Positions 1 to 16,800 of a stretch of 64,000 nt of DNA are shown piece after piece. The translations under genes and the position numbers were made by a program. This DNA is from Eledone cirrhosa. Its lineage: Eukaryota. Within the stretch, counting starts at the first letter, position 1; each line of letters begins with the position of its first letter. The stretch covers positions 295,988,001 to 296,052,000 of the forward strand of contig OZ024740.1 in NCBI GenBank assembly GCA_964016885.1. The letters run 5' to 3'. The notes beneath the pieces are model-generated. The model ran no database searches. It saw nothing but the letters and a program-made list of their open reading frames with translations, and was not told where the DNA came from.

Positions 1-1394
1 TACTGAGAGTATATTATGTAGACAGTGAGTGTACTGAGAATATATTATATAGACAGTGAGTGTACCTAAGAATATATTATATAGACAGTGAGTGTACCTA
101 AGAATATATTATATAGACAGTGAGTGTACCTAAGAATATATTATATAGACTGTGAGTGTACCTAAGAATATATTATATAGACAGTTAGTGTTCCTAAGAA
201 TATATTATATAGATAGTGAGTGTACCTAAGAATATTTTATATCGACAGTGAGTGTACCTAATAATATATTATATAGACAGTGAGTGTACCTAACAATATA
301 TTATATAGACAGTGAATGTATCCAAGAATATATTATATAGACAGTGATTGTACCTAAGAATATATTATATAGACAGTGACTGGACCTAATAATATATTAT
401 ATAGACAGTGAGTGTACCTAACAATATATTATATAGACAGTGACTGTACCTAACAATATATTATATAGACAGTGAGTGTACCTCAGAATATATTATATAG
501 ACAGTGAGTGTACCTAAGAATATATTATATAGACAGTGAGTGTATCTAACAATATATTATATAGACAGTGAGTGTACTGAGAATATATTTTATAGACAGT
601 GAGTGTAATGAGAATATTTCATATAGACAGTGAATGTACCTAACAATATATTATATAGACAGTGAGTTTACTGAGAATATATTATATAGATAGTGAGTGT
701 ACCTAAGAATATTTTATATCGACAGTGAGTGTACCTAATAATATATTATATAGACAGTGAGTGTACCTAACAATATATTATATAGACAGTGAATGTATCC
801 AAGAATATATTATATAGACAGTGATTGTACCTAAGAATATATTATATAGACAGTGACTGGACCTAATAATATATTATATAGACAGTGAGTGTACCTAAGA
901 ATATATTATATAGACAGTGAGTGTACCTAAGAATATATTATATAGACAGTGAGTGTACCTCAGAATATATTATATAGACAGTGAGTGTACCTAAGAATAT
1001 ATTATATAGACAGTGAGTGTATCTAACAATATATTATATAGACAGTGAGTGTACTGAGAATATATTTTATAGACAGTGAGTGTAATGAGAATATTTCATA
1101 TAGACAGTGAATGTACCTAACAATATATTATATAGACAGTGAGTGTACTGAGAATATATTATATAGACAGTGAGTGTACTGAGAATATATTATATAGACA
1201 GTGAGTGTACCTAAGAATATATTATATAGACAGTGAGTGTACCTAAGAATATATTATATAGACAGTGAGTGTACCTAAGAATATATTATATAGACAGTGA
1301 GTGTACCTAAGAATATATTATATAGACAGTTAGTGTTCCCTAGAATATATTATATAGATAGTGAGTGTACCTAAGAATATTTTATATAGACAGT

Positions 1395-4300
1395 GAGTGT
1401 ACCTAATAATATATTATATAGACAGTGAGTGTACCTAACAATATATTATATAGACAGTGAATGTATCCAAGAATATATTATATAGACAGTGATTGTACCT
1501 AAGAATATATTATATAGACAGTGACTGGACCTAATAATATATTATATAGACAGTGAGTGTATCTAAGAATATATTATATAGACAGTGACTGTACCTAAGA
1601 ATATATTATATAGACAGTGAGTGTATTGAGAATATATTATTTAGACAGTGAGTAGCTAAGAATATATTATATAGACAGTGAGTGTACCTAAGAATATATT
1701 ATATAGACAGTGAGTGTACACGAGAATATATATAGACAGTGAGTGTACCTAAGAATATATTATATAGACAGTGAGTGTATCTAAGAATATATTATATAGA
1801 CGGTGAGTGTACATAAGAATATATTATATAGACAGTGAGTGTACCTAAGAATATATTATATAGACAGTGAGTGTACCTAACAATATATTATATAGACAGT
1901 GAGTGTACCTAAGAATATATTATATAGACAGTGAGTGTACCTAAGAATATATTATATAGACAGTGAGTGTACCTAAGAATATATTATATAGTTAGTGAGT
2001 GTACCTAAGAATATATTATATAGACAGTGAATGTACCTAAGAATATATTATATAGATAGTGAGTGTACCTCAGAATATATTATATAGACAGTGAGTGTAT
2101 CTAAGAATATATTATATAGACAGTGAGTGTACCTAAGAATATATTATATAGACAGTGACTGTACCTAAGAATATATTATATAGACAGTGAGTGTACCTAA
2201 GAATATATTATATAGACAGTGAATGTACCTAAGATTATATTATATAGACAGTGACTGTACCTAAGAATATATTATATAGACAGTGAGTGTACCTAAGATT
2301 ATATTATATAGACAGTGACTGTACCTAAGAATATATTATATAGACAGTGAATGTACCTAAGAATATATTACATAGACAGTGAGTGTACCTAAGAATATAT
2401 TATATAGACAGTGAATGTATCTAACAATATATTATATAGACAGTGAGTGTACTGAGAATATATTATATAGACAGTGAGTGTAATGAGAATATTTCATATA
2501 GACAGTGAATGTACCTAACAATATATTATATAGACAGTGAGTGTACTGAGAGTATATTATATAGACAGTGAGTGTACTGAGAATATATTATATAGACAGT
2601 GAGTGTACCTAAGAATATATTATATAGACAGTGAGTGTACCTAAGAATATATTATATAGACAGTGAGTGTACCTAAGAATATATTATATAGACAGTGAGT
2701 GTACCTGAGAATATATTACATAGACAGTGATTGTACCTAAGAATATATTATATAGACAGTGAGTGTACCTAAGAATATATTATATAGACAGTGAGTGTAC
2801 CTAAGAATATATTATATAGACAGTGAGTGTACCTAAGAGTATATTATATAGATAGTGAGTGTACCTAAGAATATATTATATAGACAGTGAGTGTACCTAA
2901 GAATATATTATATAGACAGTGGATGTACCTAAGAATATATTATATAGATAGTGAGTGTACCTCAGAGTATATTATATAGACAGTGAGTGTACCTAAGAAT
3001 ATATTATATAGACAGTGAGTGTACCTATGATTATATTATATAGACAGTGACTGTACCTAAGAATATATTATATAGACAGTGAGTGTACCTAAGAATATAT
3101 TACATAGACAGTGACTGTACCTAACAATATATTATATAGATAGTGAATGTACCTAAGAATATATTATATAGACAGTGAGTGTACCTAAGAATATATTATA
3201 TAGACAGTGAATGTATCTAACAATATATTATATAGACAGTGAGTGTACTGAGAATATATTATATAGACAGTGAGTGTAATGAGAATATTTCATATAGACA
3301 GTGAATGTACCTAACAATATATTATATAGACAGTGAGTGTACTGAGAGTATATTATATAGACAGTGAGTGTACTGAGAATATATTATATAGACAGTGAGT
3401 GTACCTAAGAATATATTATATAGACAGTGAGTGTACCTAAGAATATATTATATAGACAGTGAGTGTACGTAAGAATATATTATATAGACAGTGAGTGTAC
3501 CTAAGAATATATTATATAGACAGTTAGTGTTCCTAAGAATATATTATATAGATAGTGAGTGTACCTAAGAATATTTTATATCGACAGTGAGTGTACCTAA
3601 TAATATATTATATAGACAGTGAGTGTACCTAACAATATATTATATAGACAGTGAATGTATCCAAGAATATATTATATAGACAGTGATTGTACCTAAGAAT
3701 ATATTATATAGACAGTGACTGGACCTAATAATATATTATATAGACAGTGACTGGACCTAATAATATATTATATAGACAGTGAGTGTACCTAACAATATAT
3801 TATATAGACAGTGACTGTACCTAACAATATATTATATAGACAGTGAGTGTACCTAAGAATATATTATATAGACAGTGAGTGTACCTAACAATATATAATA
3901 TAGACAGTGAGTGTATCTAAGAATATATTATATAGACAGTGATTGTACCTAAGAATATATTATATAGATAGTGGGTGCACCTAAGAATATATTATATAGA
4001 CAGTGAGTGTACCTAAGAATATATTATATAGACAGTGAATGTACCTACGAATATATTATATAGATAGTGAGTGTACCTCAGAATATATAATATAGAGAGT
4101 GAGTGTACCTAAGAATATATTATATAGACAGTGACTGTACCTAAGAATATATTATATAGACAGTGAGTGTACTTAAGAATATATTATATAGACAGTGACT
4201 GTACCTAACAATATATTATATAGACAGTGAGTGTACTGAGAATATATTATATAAACAGTGAGTGTACCTAAGAATATATTATATAGACAGTGAGTGTACC

Positions 4301-7300
4301 TAAGAATATATTATATAGACAGTGAGTGTACCTAAGAATATATTATATAGACAGTGAGTGTACCTAAGAATATATTATATAGACAGTTAGTGTTCCCTAG
4401 AATATATTATATAGATAGTGAGTGTACCTAAGAATATTTTATATAGACAGTGAGTGTACCAAATAATATATTATATAGACATTGAGTGTACCTAACAATA
4501 TATTATATAGACAGTGAATGTATCCAAGAATATATTATATAGACAGTGATTGTACCTAAGAATATATTATATAGACAGTGACTGGACCTAATAATATGTT
4601 ATATAGACAGTGAGTGTATCTAAGAATATATTATATAGACAGTGACTGTACCTAAGAATATATTATATAGACAGTGAGTGTATTGAGAATATATTATTTA
4701 GACAGTGAGTAGCTAAGAATATATTATATAGACAGTGAGTGTACCTAAGAATATATTATATAGACAGTGAGTGTACCTAAGAATATATTATATAGACAGT
4801 GAGTGTACCTGAGAATATATTATATAGACAGTGAGTGTATCTAAGAATATATTATATAGACAGTGAGTTTACTGAGAATATATTATATAGGCAGCCAGTG
4901 TACCTAAGAATATATTATATAGACAGTGAGTGTCCCCGAGAATATATTATATAGACAGTGAGTGTACCTAAGAATATATTATATAGACAGTGAGTGTACC
5001 TAAGAATATATTATATAGACAGTGAGTGTACCTAACAATATATTATATAGACAGTGAGTGTACCTAAGAATATATTATATAGACAGAGATTGTACCTAAG
5101 AATATATTATATAGATAGTGAGTGCACCTAAGAATATATATTATATAGACAGTGAGTGTACCTAAGAATATATTATATAGACAGTGAATGTACCTAAGAA
5201 TATATTATATAGATAGTGAGTGTACCTCAGAATATATAATATAGACAGTGAGTGTACCTAAGAATATATTATATAGACAGTGACTGTACCTAAGAATATA
5301 TTATATAGACAGTGAGTGTACCTAAGAATATATTATATAGACAGTGACTGTACCTAACAATATATTATATAGATAGTGAGTGTACCTAACAATATATTAT
5401 ATAGACAGTGAGTGTACCTAAGAATATATTATATCGACAGTGAATGTATCTAACAATATATTATATAGACAGTGAGTGTACTGAGAGTATATTATATAGA
5501 CAGTGAGTGTACTGAGAATATATTATATAGACAGTAAGTGTACCTAAGAATATATTATATAGACAGTGTGTGTACCTAAGAATATATTATATAGACAGTG
5601 AGTGTACCTAAGAATATATTATATAGACAGTGAGTGTACCTGAGAATATATTATATAGACAGTGAGTGTACCTATGAATATATTATATAGACAGTGAGTG
5701 TACCTAAGAATATATTATATAGACAGTGAGCGTACCAAATAATATATTATATAGACAGTGAGTCTACCTAAGAATATATTATATAGATAGTGAGTGTACC
5801 TAAGAATATATTATATAGACAGTGAGTGTATCTTAGAATATATTATATAGACAGTAAGTGTATCTAAGAATATATTATATAGACAGTGAGTGTACCTAAG
5901 AATATATTATATAGATAGTGAGTGTACCTAAGAATATATTATATAGATAGTGAGTGTACCTAAGAATATATTATATAGACAGTGAGTGTATCTAAGAATA
6001 TATTATATAGACAGTGAGTGTACCTAAGCATATATTATATAGACAGGAGTGTACCTGAGAATATATTATATAGACAGTGAATGTATCTAAGATCTAAGTA
6101 TATATTATATAGACAGTGAGTGTACCTAAGAATATATTATATAGACAGTGAGTGTACCTAAGAATATATTATATAGACAGTGAGTGTACCTAAGAATATA
6201 TTATATAGACAGCGAGTGTACCTAAAATATATTATATAGACAGTGAGTGTACATAAGAATATATTATATAGACAGTGAGTGTACCTATGAATATATTATA
6301 TAGACAGTGAGTGTACCTAACAATATATTATATAGACAGTGAGTGTACCTAAGAATATATTATATAGACAGTGAGTGTACCTAAGAATATATTATATAGA
6401 CAGTGACTGTAGCTAACAATATATTATATAGATAGTGAGTGTACCTAAGAATATATTATATAGACAGTGAGTGTACCTAAGAATATATTATATAGACAGT
6501 GAATGTATCTAACAATATATTATATAGACAGTGAGTGTACTGAGAATATATTATAGAGACAGTGAGTGTAATGAGAATATATTATATAGACAATGAATGT
6601 ACCTAACAATATATTATATAGACAGTGAGTGTACTGAGAGTATATTATATAGACAGTGAGTGTACTGAGAATATATTATATAGACAGTGACTGTACCTAA
6701 GAATATATTACATAGACAGTGAGTGTACCTAAGAATATATTATATAGACAGTGAGTGTACCTAAGAATATATTATATAGACAGTGAGTGTACTGAGAATA
6801 TATTATATAGACAGTGAGTGTACCTAAGAATATATTATATAGACAGTGAGTGTACCTAAGAATATATTATATAGACAGCGAGTGTACCTAAAATATATTA
6901 TATAGACAGTGAGTGTACATAAGAATATATTATATAGACAGTGAGTGTACCTAAGAATATATTATATAGACAGTGAGTGTACCTAACAATATATTATATA
7001 GACAGTGAGTGTACCTAAGAATATATTATATAGACAGTGAGTGTACCTAAGAATATATTATATAGTCAGTGATTGTACCTAAGAATTTATTATATAGACA
7101 GTGAGTGTACCTAAGAATATATTATATAGACAGTGAGTGTACCTAACAATATATTATATAGACAGTGAGTGTACCTAAGAATATATTATATAGACAGTGA
7201 GTGTACCTAAGAATATATTATATAGACAGTGAGTGTACCTAAGAATATATTATATAGACAGTGAGTGTACCTAAGAATATATTATATAGACAGTGAGTGT

Positions 7301-10300
7301 ACCTAAGAATATATTATATAGACAGTGAGTCTACCTAAGAATATATTATATAGACAGTGAGTGTACCTAAGAATATATTATATAGACAGTGAGTGTACCT
7401 AAGAATATATTATATAGACAGTGAGTGTACCTAAGAATATATTATATAGACAGTGAGTGTATCTAACAATATATTATATAGACAGTGAGTGTACTGAGAA
7501 TATATTTTATAGACAGTGAGTGTAATGAGAATATTTCATATAGACAGTGAATGTACCTAACAATATATTATATAGACAGTGAGTGTACTGAGAATATATT
7601 ATATAGACAGTGAGTGTACTGAGAATATATTATATAGACAGTGAGTGTACCTAAGAATATATTATATAGACAGTGAGTGTACCTAAGAATATATTATATA
7701 GACAGTGAGTGTACCTAAGAATATATTATATAGACAGTGAGTGTACCTAAGAATATATTATATAGACAGTTAGTGTTCCTAAGAATATATTATATAGATA
7801 GTGAGTGTACCTAAGAATATTTTATATAGACAGTGAGTGTACCTAATAATATATTATATAGACAGTGAGTGTACCTAACTATATATTATATAGACAGTGA
7901 ATGTATCCAAGAATATATTATATAGACAGTGATTGTACCTAAGAATATATTATATAGACAGTGGATGTACCTAAGAATATATTATATAGATAGTGAGTGT
8001 ACCTCAGAGTATATTATATAGACAGTGAGTGTACCTAATAATATATTATATAGACAGTGAGTGTACCTAACAATATATTATATAGACAGTGAATGTATCC
8101 AAGAATATATTATATAGACAGTGATTGTACCTAAGAATATATTATATAGACAGTGACTGGACCTAATAATATATTATATAGACAGTGAGTGTATCTAAGA
8201 AAATATTATATAGACAGTGACTGTACCTAAGAATATATTATATAGACAGTGAGTGTATTGAGAATATATTATTTAGACAGTGAGTAGCTAAGAATATATT
8301 ATATAGACAGTGAGTGTACCTAAGAATATATTATATAGACAGTGAGTGTACACGAGAATATATATAGACAGTGAGTGTACCTAAGAATATATTATATAGA
8401 CAGTGAGTGTATCTAAGAATATATTATATAGACGGTGAGTGTACATAAGAATATATTATATAGACACTGAGTGTACCTAAGAATATATTATATAGACAGT
8501 GAGTGTACCTAACAATATATTATATAGACAGTGAGTGTACCTAAGAATATATTATATAGACAGTGAGTGTACCTAAGAATATATTATATAGACAGTGAGT
8601 GTACCTAAGAATATATTATATAGTTAGTGAGTGTACCTAAGAATATATTATATAGACAGTGAATATACCTAAGAATATATTATATAGATAGTGAGTGTAC
8701 CTCAGAATATATTATATAGACAGTGAGTGTATCTAAGAATATATTATATAGACAGTGAGTGTACCTAAGAATATATTATATAGACAGTGACTGTACCTAA
8801 GAATATATTATATAGACAGTGAGTGTACCTAAGAATATATTATATAGACAGTGAATGTACCTAAGATTATATTATATAGACAGTGACTGTACCTAAGAAT
8901 ATATTATATAGACAGTGAGTGTACCTAAGATTATATTATATAGACAGTGACTGTACCTAAGAATATATTATATAGACAGTGAATGTACCTAAGAATATAT
9001 TACATAGACAGTGAGTGTACCTAAGAATATATTATATAGACAGTGAATGTATCTAACAATATATTATATAGACAGTGAGTGTACTGAGAATATATTATAT
9101 AGACAGTGAGTGTAATGAGAATATTTCATATAGACAGTGAATGTACCTAACAATATATTATATAGACAGTGAGTGTACTGAGAGTATATTATATAGACAG
9201 TGAGTGTACTGAGAATATATTATATAGACAGTGAGTGTACCTAAGAATATATTATATAGACAGTGAGTGTAACTAAGAATATATTATATAGACAGTGAGT
9301 GTACCTAAGAATATATTATATAGACAGTGAGTGTACCTGAGAATATATTACATAGACAGTGATTGTACCTAAGAATATATTATATAGACAGTGAGTGTAC
9401 CTAAGAATATATTATATAGACAGTGAGTGTACCTAAGAATATATTATATAGACAGTGAGTGTACCTAAGAGTATATTATATAGATAGTGAGTGTACCTAA
9501 GAATATATTATATAGACAGTGAGTGTACCTAAGAATATATTATATAGACAGTGGATGTACCTAAGAATATATTATATAGATAGTGAGTGTACCTCAGAGT
9601 ATATTATATAGACAGTGAGTGTACCTAAGAATATATTATATAGACAGTGAGTGTACCTAAGATTATATTATATAGACAGTGACTGTACCTAAGAATATAT
9701 TATATAGACAGTGAGTGTACCTAAGAATATATTACATAGACAGTGACTGTACCTAACAATATATTATATAGATAGTGAATGTACCTAAGAATATATTATA
9801 TAGACAGTGAGTGTACCTAAGAATATATTATATAGACAGTGAATGTATCTAACAATATATTATATAGACAGTGAGTGTACTGAGAATATATTATATAGAC
9901 AGTGAGTGTAATGAGAATATTTCATATAGACAGTGAATGTACCTAACAATATATTATATAGACAGTGAGTGTACTGAGAGTATATTATATAGACAGTGAG
10001 TGTACTGAGAATATATTATATAGACAGTGAGTGTACCTAAGAATATATTATATAGACAGTGAGTGTACCTAAGAATATATTATATAGACAGTGAGTGTAC
10101 GTAAGAATATATTATATAGACAGTGAGTGTACCTAAGAATATATTATATAGACAGTTAGTGTTCCTAAGAATATATTATATAGATAGTGAGTGTACCTAA
10201 GAATATTTTATATCGACAGTGAGTGTACCTAATAATATATTATATAGACAGTGAGTGTACCTAACAATATATTATATAGACAGTGAATGTATCCAAGAAT

Positions 10301-13300
10301 ATATTATATAGACAGTGATTGTACCTAAGAATATATTATATAGACAGTGACTGGACCTAATAATATATTATATAGACAGTGACTGGACCTAATAATATAT
10401 TATATAGACAGTGAGTGTACCTAACAATATATTATATAGACAGTGACTGTACCTAACAATATATTATATAGACAGTGAGTGTACCTAAGAATATATTCTA
10501 TAGACAGTGAGTGTACCTAACAATATATAATATAGACAGTGAGTGTATCTAAGAATATATTATATAGACAGTGATTGTACCTAAGAATATATAATATAGA
10601 TAGTGGGTGCACCTAAGAATATATTATATAGACAGTGAGTGTACCTAAGAATATATTATATAGACAGTGAATGTACCTACGAATATATTATATAGATAGT
10701 GAGTGTACCTCAGAATATATAATATAGAGAGTGAGTGTACCTAAGAATATATTATATAGACAGTGACTGTACCTAAGAATATATTATATAGACAGTGAGT
10801 GTACTTAAGAATATATTATATAGACAGTGACTGTACCTAACGATATATTATATAGACAGTGAGTGTACTGAGAATATATTATATAAACAGTGAGTGTACC
10901 TAAGAATATATTATATAGACAGTGAGTGTACCTAAGAATATATTATATAGACAGTGAGTGTACCTAAGAATATATTATATAGACAGTGAGTGTACCTAAG
11001 AATATATTATATAGACAGTTAGTGTTCCCTAGAATATATTATATAGATAGTGAGTGTACCTAAGAATATTTTATATAGACAGTGAGTGTACCAAATAATA
11101 TATTATATAGACATTGAGTGTACCTAACAATATATTATATAGACAGTGAATGTATCCAAGAATATATTATATAGACAGTGATTGTACCTAAGAATATATT
11201 ATATAGACAGTGACTGGACCTAATAATATATTATATAGACAGTGAGTGTATCTAAGAATATATTATATAGACAGTGACTGTACCTAAGAATATATTATAT
11301 AGACAGTGAGTGTATTGAGAATATATTATTTAGACAGTGAGTAGCTAAGAATATATTATATAGACAGTGAGTGTACCTAAGAATATATTATATAGACAGT
11401 GAGTGTACCTAAGAATATATTATATAGACAGTGAGTGTACCTGAGAATATATTATATAGACAGTGAGTGTATCTAAGAATATATTATATAGACAGTGAGT
11501 TTACTGAGAATATATTATATAGACAGCCAGTGTACCTAAGAATATATTATATAGACAGTGAGTGTCCCCGAGAATATATTATATAGACAGTGAGTGTACC
11601 TAAGAATATATTATATAGACAGTGAGTGTACCTAAGAATATATTATATAGACAGTGAGTGTACCTAACAATATATTATATAGACAGTGAGTGTACCTAAG
11701 AATATATTATATAGACAGAGATTGTACCTAAGAATATATTATATAGATAGTGAGTGCACCTAAGAATATATATTATATAGACAGTGAGTATACCTAAGAA
11801 TATATTATATAGATAGTGAGTGTACCTCAGAATATATAATATAGACAGTGAGTGTACCTAAGAATATATTATATAGACAGTGACTGTACCTAAGAATATA
11901 TTATATAGACAGTGAGTGTACCTAAGAATATATTATATAGACAGTGACTGTACCTAACAATATATTATATAGATAGTGAGTGTACCTAACAATATATTAT
12001 ATAGACAGTGAGTGTACCTAAGAATATATTATATCGACAGTGAATGTATCTAACAATATATTATATAGACAGTGAGTGTACTGAGAGTATATTATATAGA
12101 CAGTGAGTGTACTGAGAATATATTATATAGACAGTGAGTGTACCTAAGAATATATTACATAGACAGTGAGTGTACCTAAGAATATATTATATAGACAGTG
12201 AGTGTACTGAGAATATATTATATAGACAGTAAGTGTACCTAAGAATATATTATATAGACAGTGTGTGTACCTAAGAATATATTATATAGACAGTGAGTGT
12301 ACCTAAGAATATATTATATAGACAGTGAGTGTACCTGAGAATATATTATATAGACAGTGAGTGTACCTATGAATATATTATATAGACAGTGAGTGTACCT
12401 AAGAATATATTATATAGACAGTGAGCGTACCAAATAATATATTATATAGACAGTGAGTCTACCTAAGAATATATTATATAGATAGTGAGTGTACCTAAGA
12501 ATATATTATATAGACAGTGAGTGTATCTTAGAATATATTATATAGACAGTGAGTGTATCTAAGAATATATTATATAGACAGTGAGTGTACCTAAGAATAT
12601 ATTATATAGATAGTGAGTGTACCTAAGAATATATTATATAGATAGTGAGTGTACCTAAGAATATATTATATAGACAGTGAGTGTATCTAAGAATATATTA
12701 TATAGACAGTGAGTGTACCTAAGCATATATTATATAGACAGGAGTGTACCTGAGAATATATTATATAGACAGTGAATATATCTAAGATCTAAGTATATAT
12801 TATATAGACAGTGAGTGTACCTAAGAATATATTATATAGACAGTGAGTGTACCTAAGAATATATTATATAGACAGTGAGTGTACCTAAGAATATATTATA
12901 TAGACAGCGAGTGTACCTAAAATATATTATATAGACAGTGAGTGTACATAAGAATATATTATATAGACAGTGAGTGTACCTATGAATATATTATATAGAC
13001 AGTGAGTGTACCTAACAATATATTATATAGACAGTGAGTGTACCTAAGAATATATTATATAGACAGTGAGTGTACCTAAGAATATATTATATAGACAGTG
13101 ACTGTAGCTAACAATATATTATATAGATAGTGAGTGTACCTAACAATATATTATATAGACAGTGAGTGTACCTAAGAATATATTATATAGACAGTGAATG
13201 TATCTAACAATATATTATATAGACAGTGAGTGTACTGAGAATATATTATAGAGACAGTGAGTGTAATGAGAATATATTATATAGACAATGAATGTACCTA

Positions 13301-13800
13301 ACAATATATTATATAGACAGTGAGTGTACTGAGAGTATATTATATAGACAGTGAGTGTACTGAGAATATATTATATAGACAGTGACTGTACCTAAGAATA
13401 TATTACATAGACAGTGAGTGTACCTAAGAATATATTATATAGACAGTGAGTGTACCTAAGAATATATTATATAGACAGTGAGTGTACTGAGAATATATTA
13501 TATAGACAGTGAGTGTACCTAAGAATATATTATATAGACAGTGAGTGTACCTAAGAATATATTATATAGACAGCGAGTGTACCTAAAATATATTATATAG
13601 ACAGTGAGTGTACATAAGAATATATTATATAGACAGTGAGTGTACCTAAGAATATATTATATAGACAGTGAGTGTACCTAACAATATATTATATAGACAG
13701 TGAGTGTACCTAAGAATATATTATATAGACAGTGAGTGTACCTAAGAATATATTATATAGTCAGTGATTGTACCTAAGAATTTATTATATAGACAGTGAG
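1395..13800. repeat. ~6.6-kb block duplication inside the satellite (offset 6632, shifting to 6695 after whole-monomer indels)
   Basis: +6632: cacgag 1719/8351; gacggtgag 1799/8431; tacgtaag (C at 3468/10100); gtccccgag (first C 4934/11566). +6695: cgtaccaaat 5731/12426; AGATCT 6090/12785. Boundaries approximate. Confidence 0.85.
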
Positions 13801-16800
13801 TGTACCTAAGAATATATTATATAGACAGAGATTGTACCTAAGAATATATTATATAGATAGTGAGTGCACCTAAGAATATATGTTATATAGACAGTGAGTG
13901 TACCTAAGAATATATTATATAGATAGTGAGTGTACCTCAGAATATATAATATAGACAGTGAGTGTACCTAAGAATATATTATATAGACAGTGACTGTACC
14001 TAAGAATATATTATATAGACAGTGAGTGTACCTAAGAATATATTATATAGACAGTGACTGTACCTAACAATATATTATATAGATAGTGAGTGTACCTAAG
14101 AATATATTATATAGACAGTGAGTGTACCTAAGAATATATTATATAGACAGTGACTGTAGCTAACAATATATTATATAGATAGTGAGTGTACCTAACAATA
14201 TATTATATAGACAGGGAGTGTACCTAAGAATATATTATATAGACAGTGAATGTATCTAACAATATATTATATAGACAGTGAGTGTACTGAGAATATATTA
14301 TAGAGACAGTGAGTGTAATGAGAATATATTATATAGACAATGAATGTACCTAACAATATATTATATAGACAGTGAGTGTACTGAGAGTATATTATATAGA
14401 CAGTGAGTGTACTGAGAATATATTATATAGACAGTGACTGTACCTAAGAATATATTACATAGACAGTGAGTGTACCTAAGAATATATTATATAGACAGTG
14501 AGTGTACCTAAGAATATATTATATAGACAGTGAGTGTACTGAGAATATATTATATAGACAGTGAGTGTACCTAAGAATATATTATATAGACAGTGAGTGT
14601 ACCTAAGAATATATTATATAGACAGCGAGTGTACCTAAAATATATTATATAGACAGTGAGTGTACATAAGAATATATTATATAGACAGTGAGTGTACCTA
14701 AGAATATATTATATAGACAGTGAGTGTACCTAACAATATATTATATAGACAGTGAGTGTACCTAAGAATATATTATATAGACAGTGAGTGTACCTAAGAA
14801 TATATTATATAGTCAGTGATTGTACCTAAGAATTTATTATATAGACAGTGAGTGTACCTAAGAATATATTATATAGACAGAGATTGTACCTAAGAATATA
14901 TTATATAGATAGTGAGTGCACCTAAGAATATATATTATATAGACAGTGAGTGTACCTAAGAATATATTATATAGATAGTGAGTGTACCTCAGAATATATA
15001 ATATAGACAGTGAGTGTACCTAAGAATATATTATATAGACAGTGACTGTACCTAAGAATATATTATATAGACAGTGAGTGTACCTAAGAATATATTATAT
15101 AGACAGTGACTGTACCTAACAATATATTATATAGATAGTGAGTGTACCTAACAATATATTATATAGACAGTGAGTGTACCTAAGAATATATTATATCGAC
15201 AGTGAATGTATCTAACAATATATTATATAGACAGTGAGTGTACTGAGAGTATATTCTATAGACAGTGAGTGTACTGAGAATATATTATATAGACAGTGAG
15301 TGTACCTAAGAATATATTACATAGACAGTGAGTGTACCTAAGAATATATTATATAGACAGTGAGTGTACTGAGAATATATTATATAGACAGTAAGTGTAC
15401 CTAAGAATATATTATATAGACAGTGTGTGTACCTAAGAATATATTATATAGACAGTGAGTGTACCTAAGAATATATTATATAGACAGTGAGTGTACCTGA
15501 GAATATATTATATAGACAGTGAGTGTACCTATGAATATATTATATAGACAGTGAGTGTACCTAAGAATATATTATATAGACAGTGAGCGTACCAAATAAT
15601 ATATTATATAGACAGTGAGTCTACCTAAGAATATATTATATAGATAGTGAGTGTACCTAAGAATATATTATATAGACAGTGAGTGCACCTAAGAATATAT
15701 ATTATATAGACAGTGAGTGTACCTAAGAATATATTATATAGACAGTGAGTGTACCTAAGAATATATTATATAGACAGCGAGTGTACCTAAAATATATTAT
15801 ATAGACAGTGAGTGTACATAAGAATATATTATATAGACAGTGAGTGTACCTATGAATATATTATATAGACAGTGAGTGTACCTAACAATATATTATATAG
15901 ACAGTGAGTGTACCTAAGAATATATTATATAGACAGTGAGTGTACCTAAGAATATATTATATAGACAGTGACTGTAGCTAACAATATATTATATAGATAG
16001 TGAGTGTACCTAACAATATATTATATAGACAGTGAGTGTACCTAAGAATATATTATATAGACAGTGAATGTATCTAACAATATATTATATAGACAGTGAG
16101 TGTACTGAGAATATATTATAGAGACAGTGAGTGTAATGAGAATATATTATATAGACAATGAATGTACCTAACAATATATTATATAGACAGTGAGTGTACT
16201 GAGAGTATATTATATAGACAGTGAGTGTACTGAGAATATATTATATAGACAGTGACTGTACCTAAGAATATATTACATAGACAGTGAGTCTACCTAAGAA
16301 TATATTATATAGACAGTGAGTGTACCTAAGAATATATTATATAGACAGTGAGTGTACTGAGAATATATTATATAGACAGTGAGTGTACCTAAGAATATAT
16401 TATATAGACAGTGAGTGTACCTAAGAATATATTATATAGACAGCGAGTGTACCTAAAATATATTATATAGACAGTGAGTGTACATAAGAATATATTATAT
16501 AGACAGTGAGTGTACCTAAGAATATATTATATAGACAGTGAGTGTACCTAACAATATATTATATAGACAGTGAGTGTACCTAAGAATATATTATATAGAC
16601 AGTGAGTGTACCTAAGAATATATTATATAGTCAGTGATTGTACCTAAGAATTTATTATATAGACAGTGAGTGTACCTAAGAATATATTATATAGACAGAG
16701 ATTGTACCTAAGAATATATTATATAGATAGTGAGTGCACCTAAGAATATATATTATATAGACAGTGAGTGTACCTAAGAATATATTATATAGATAGTGAG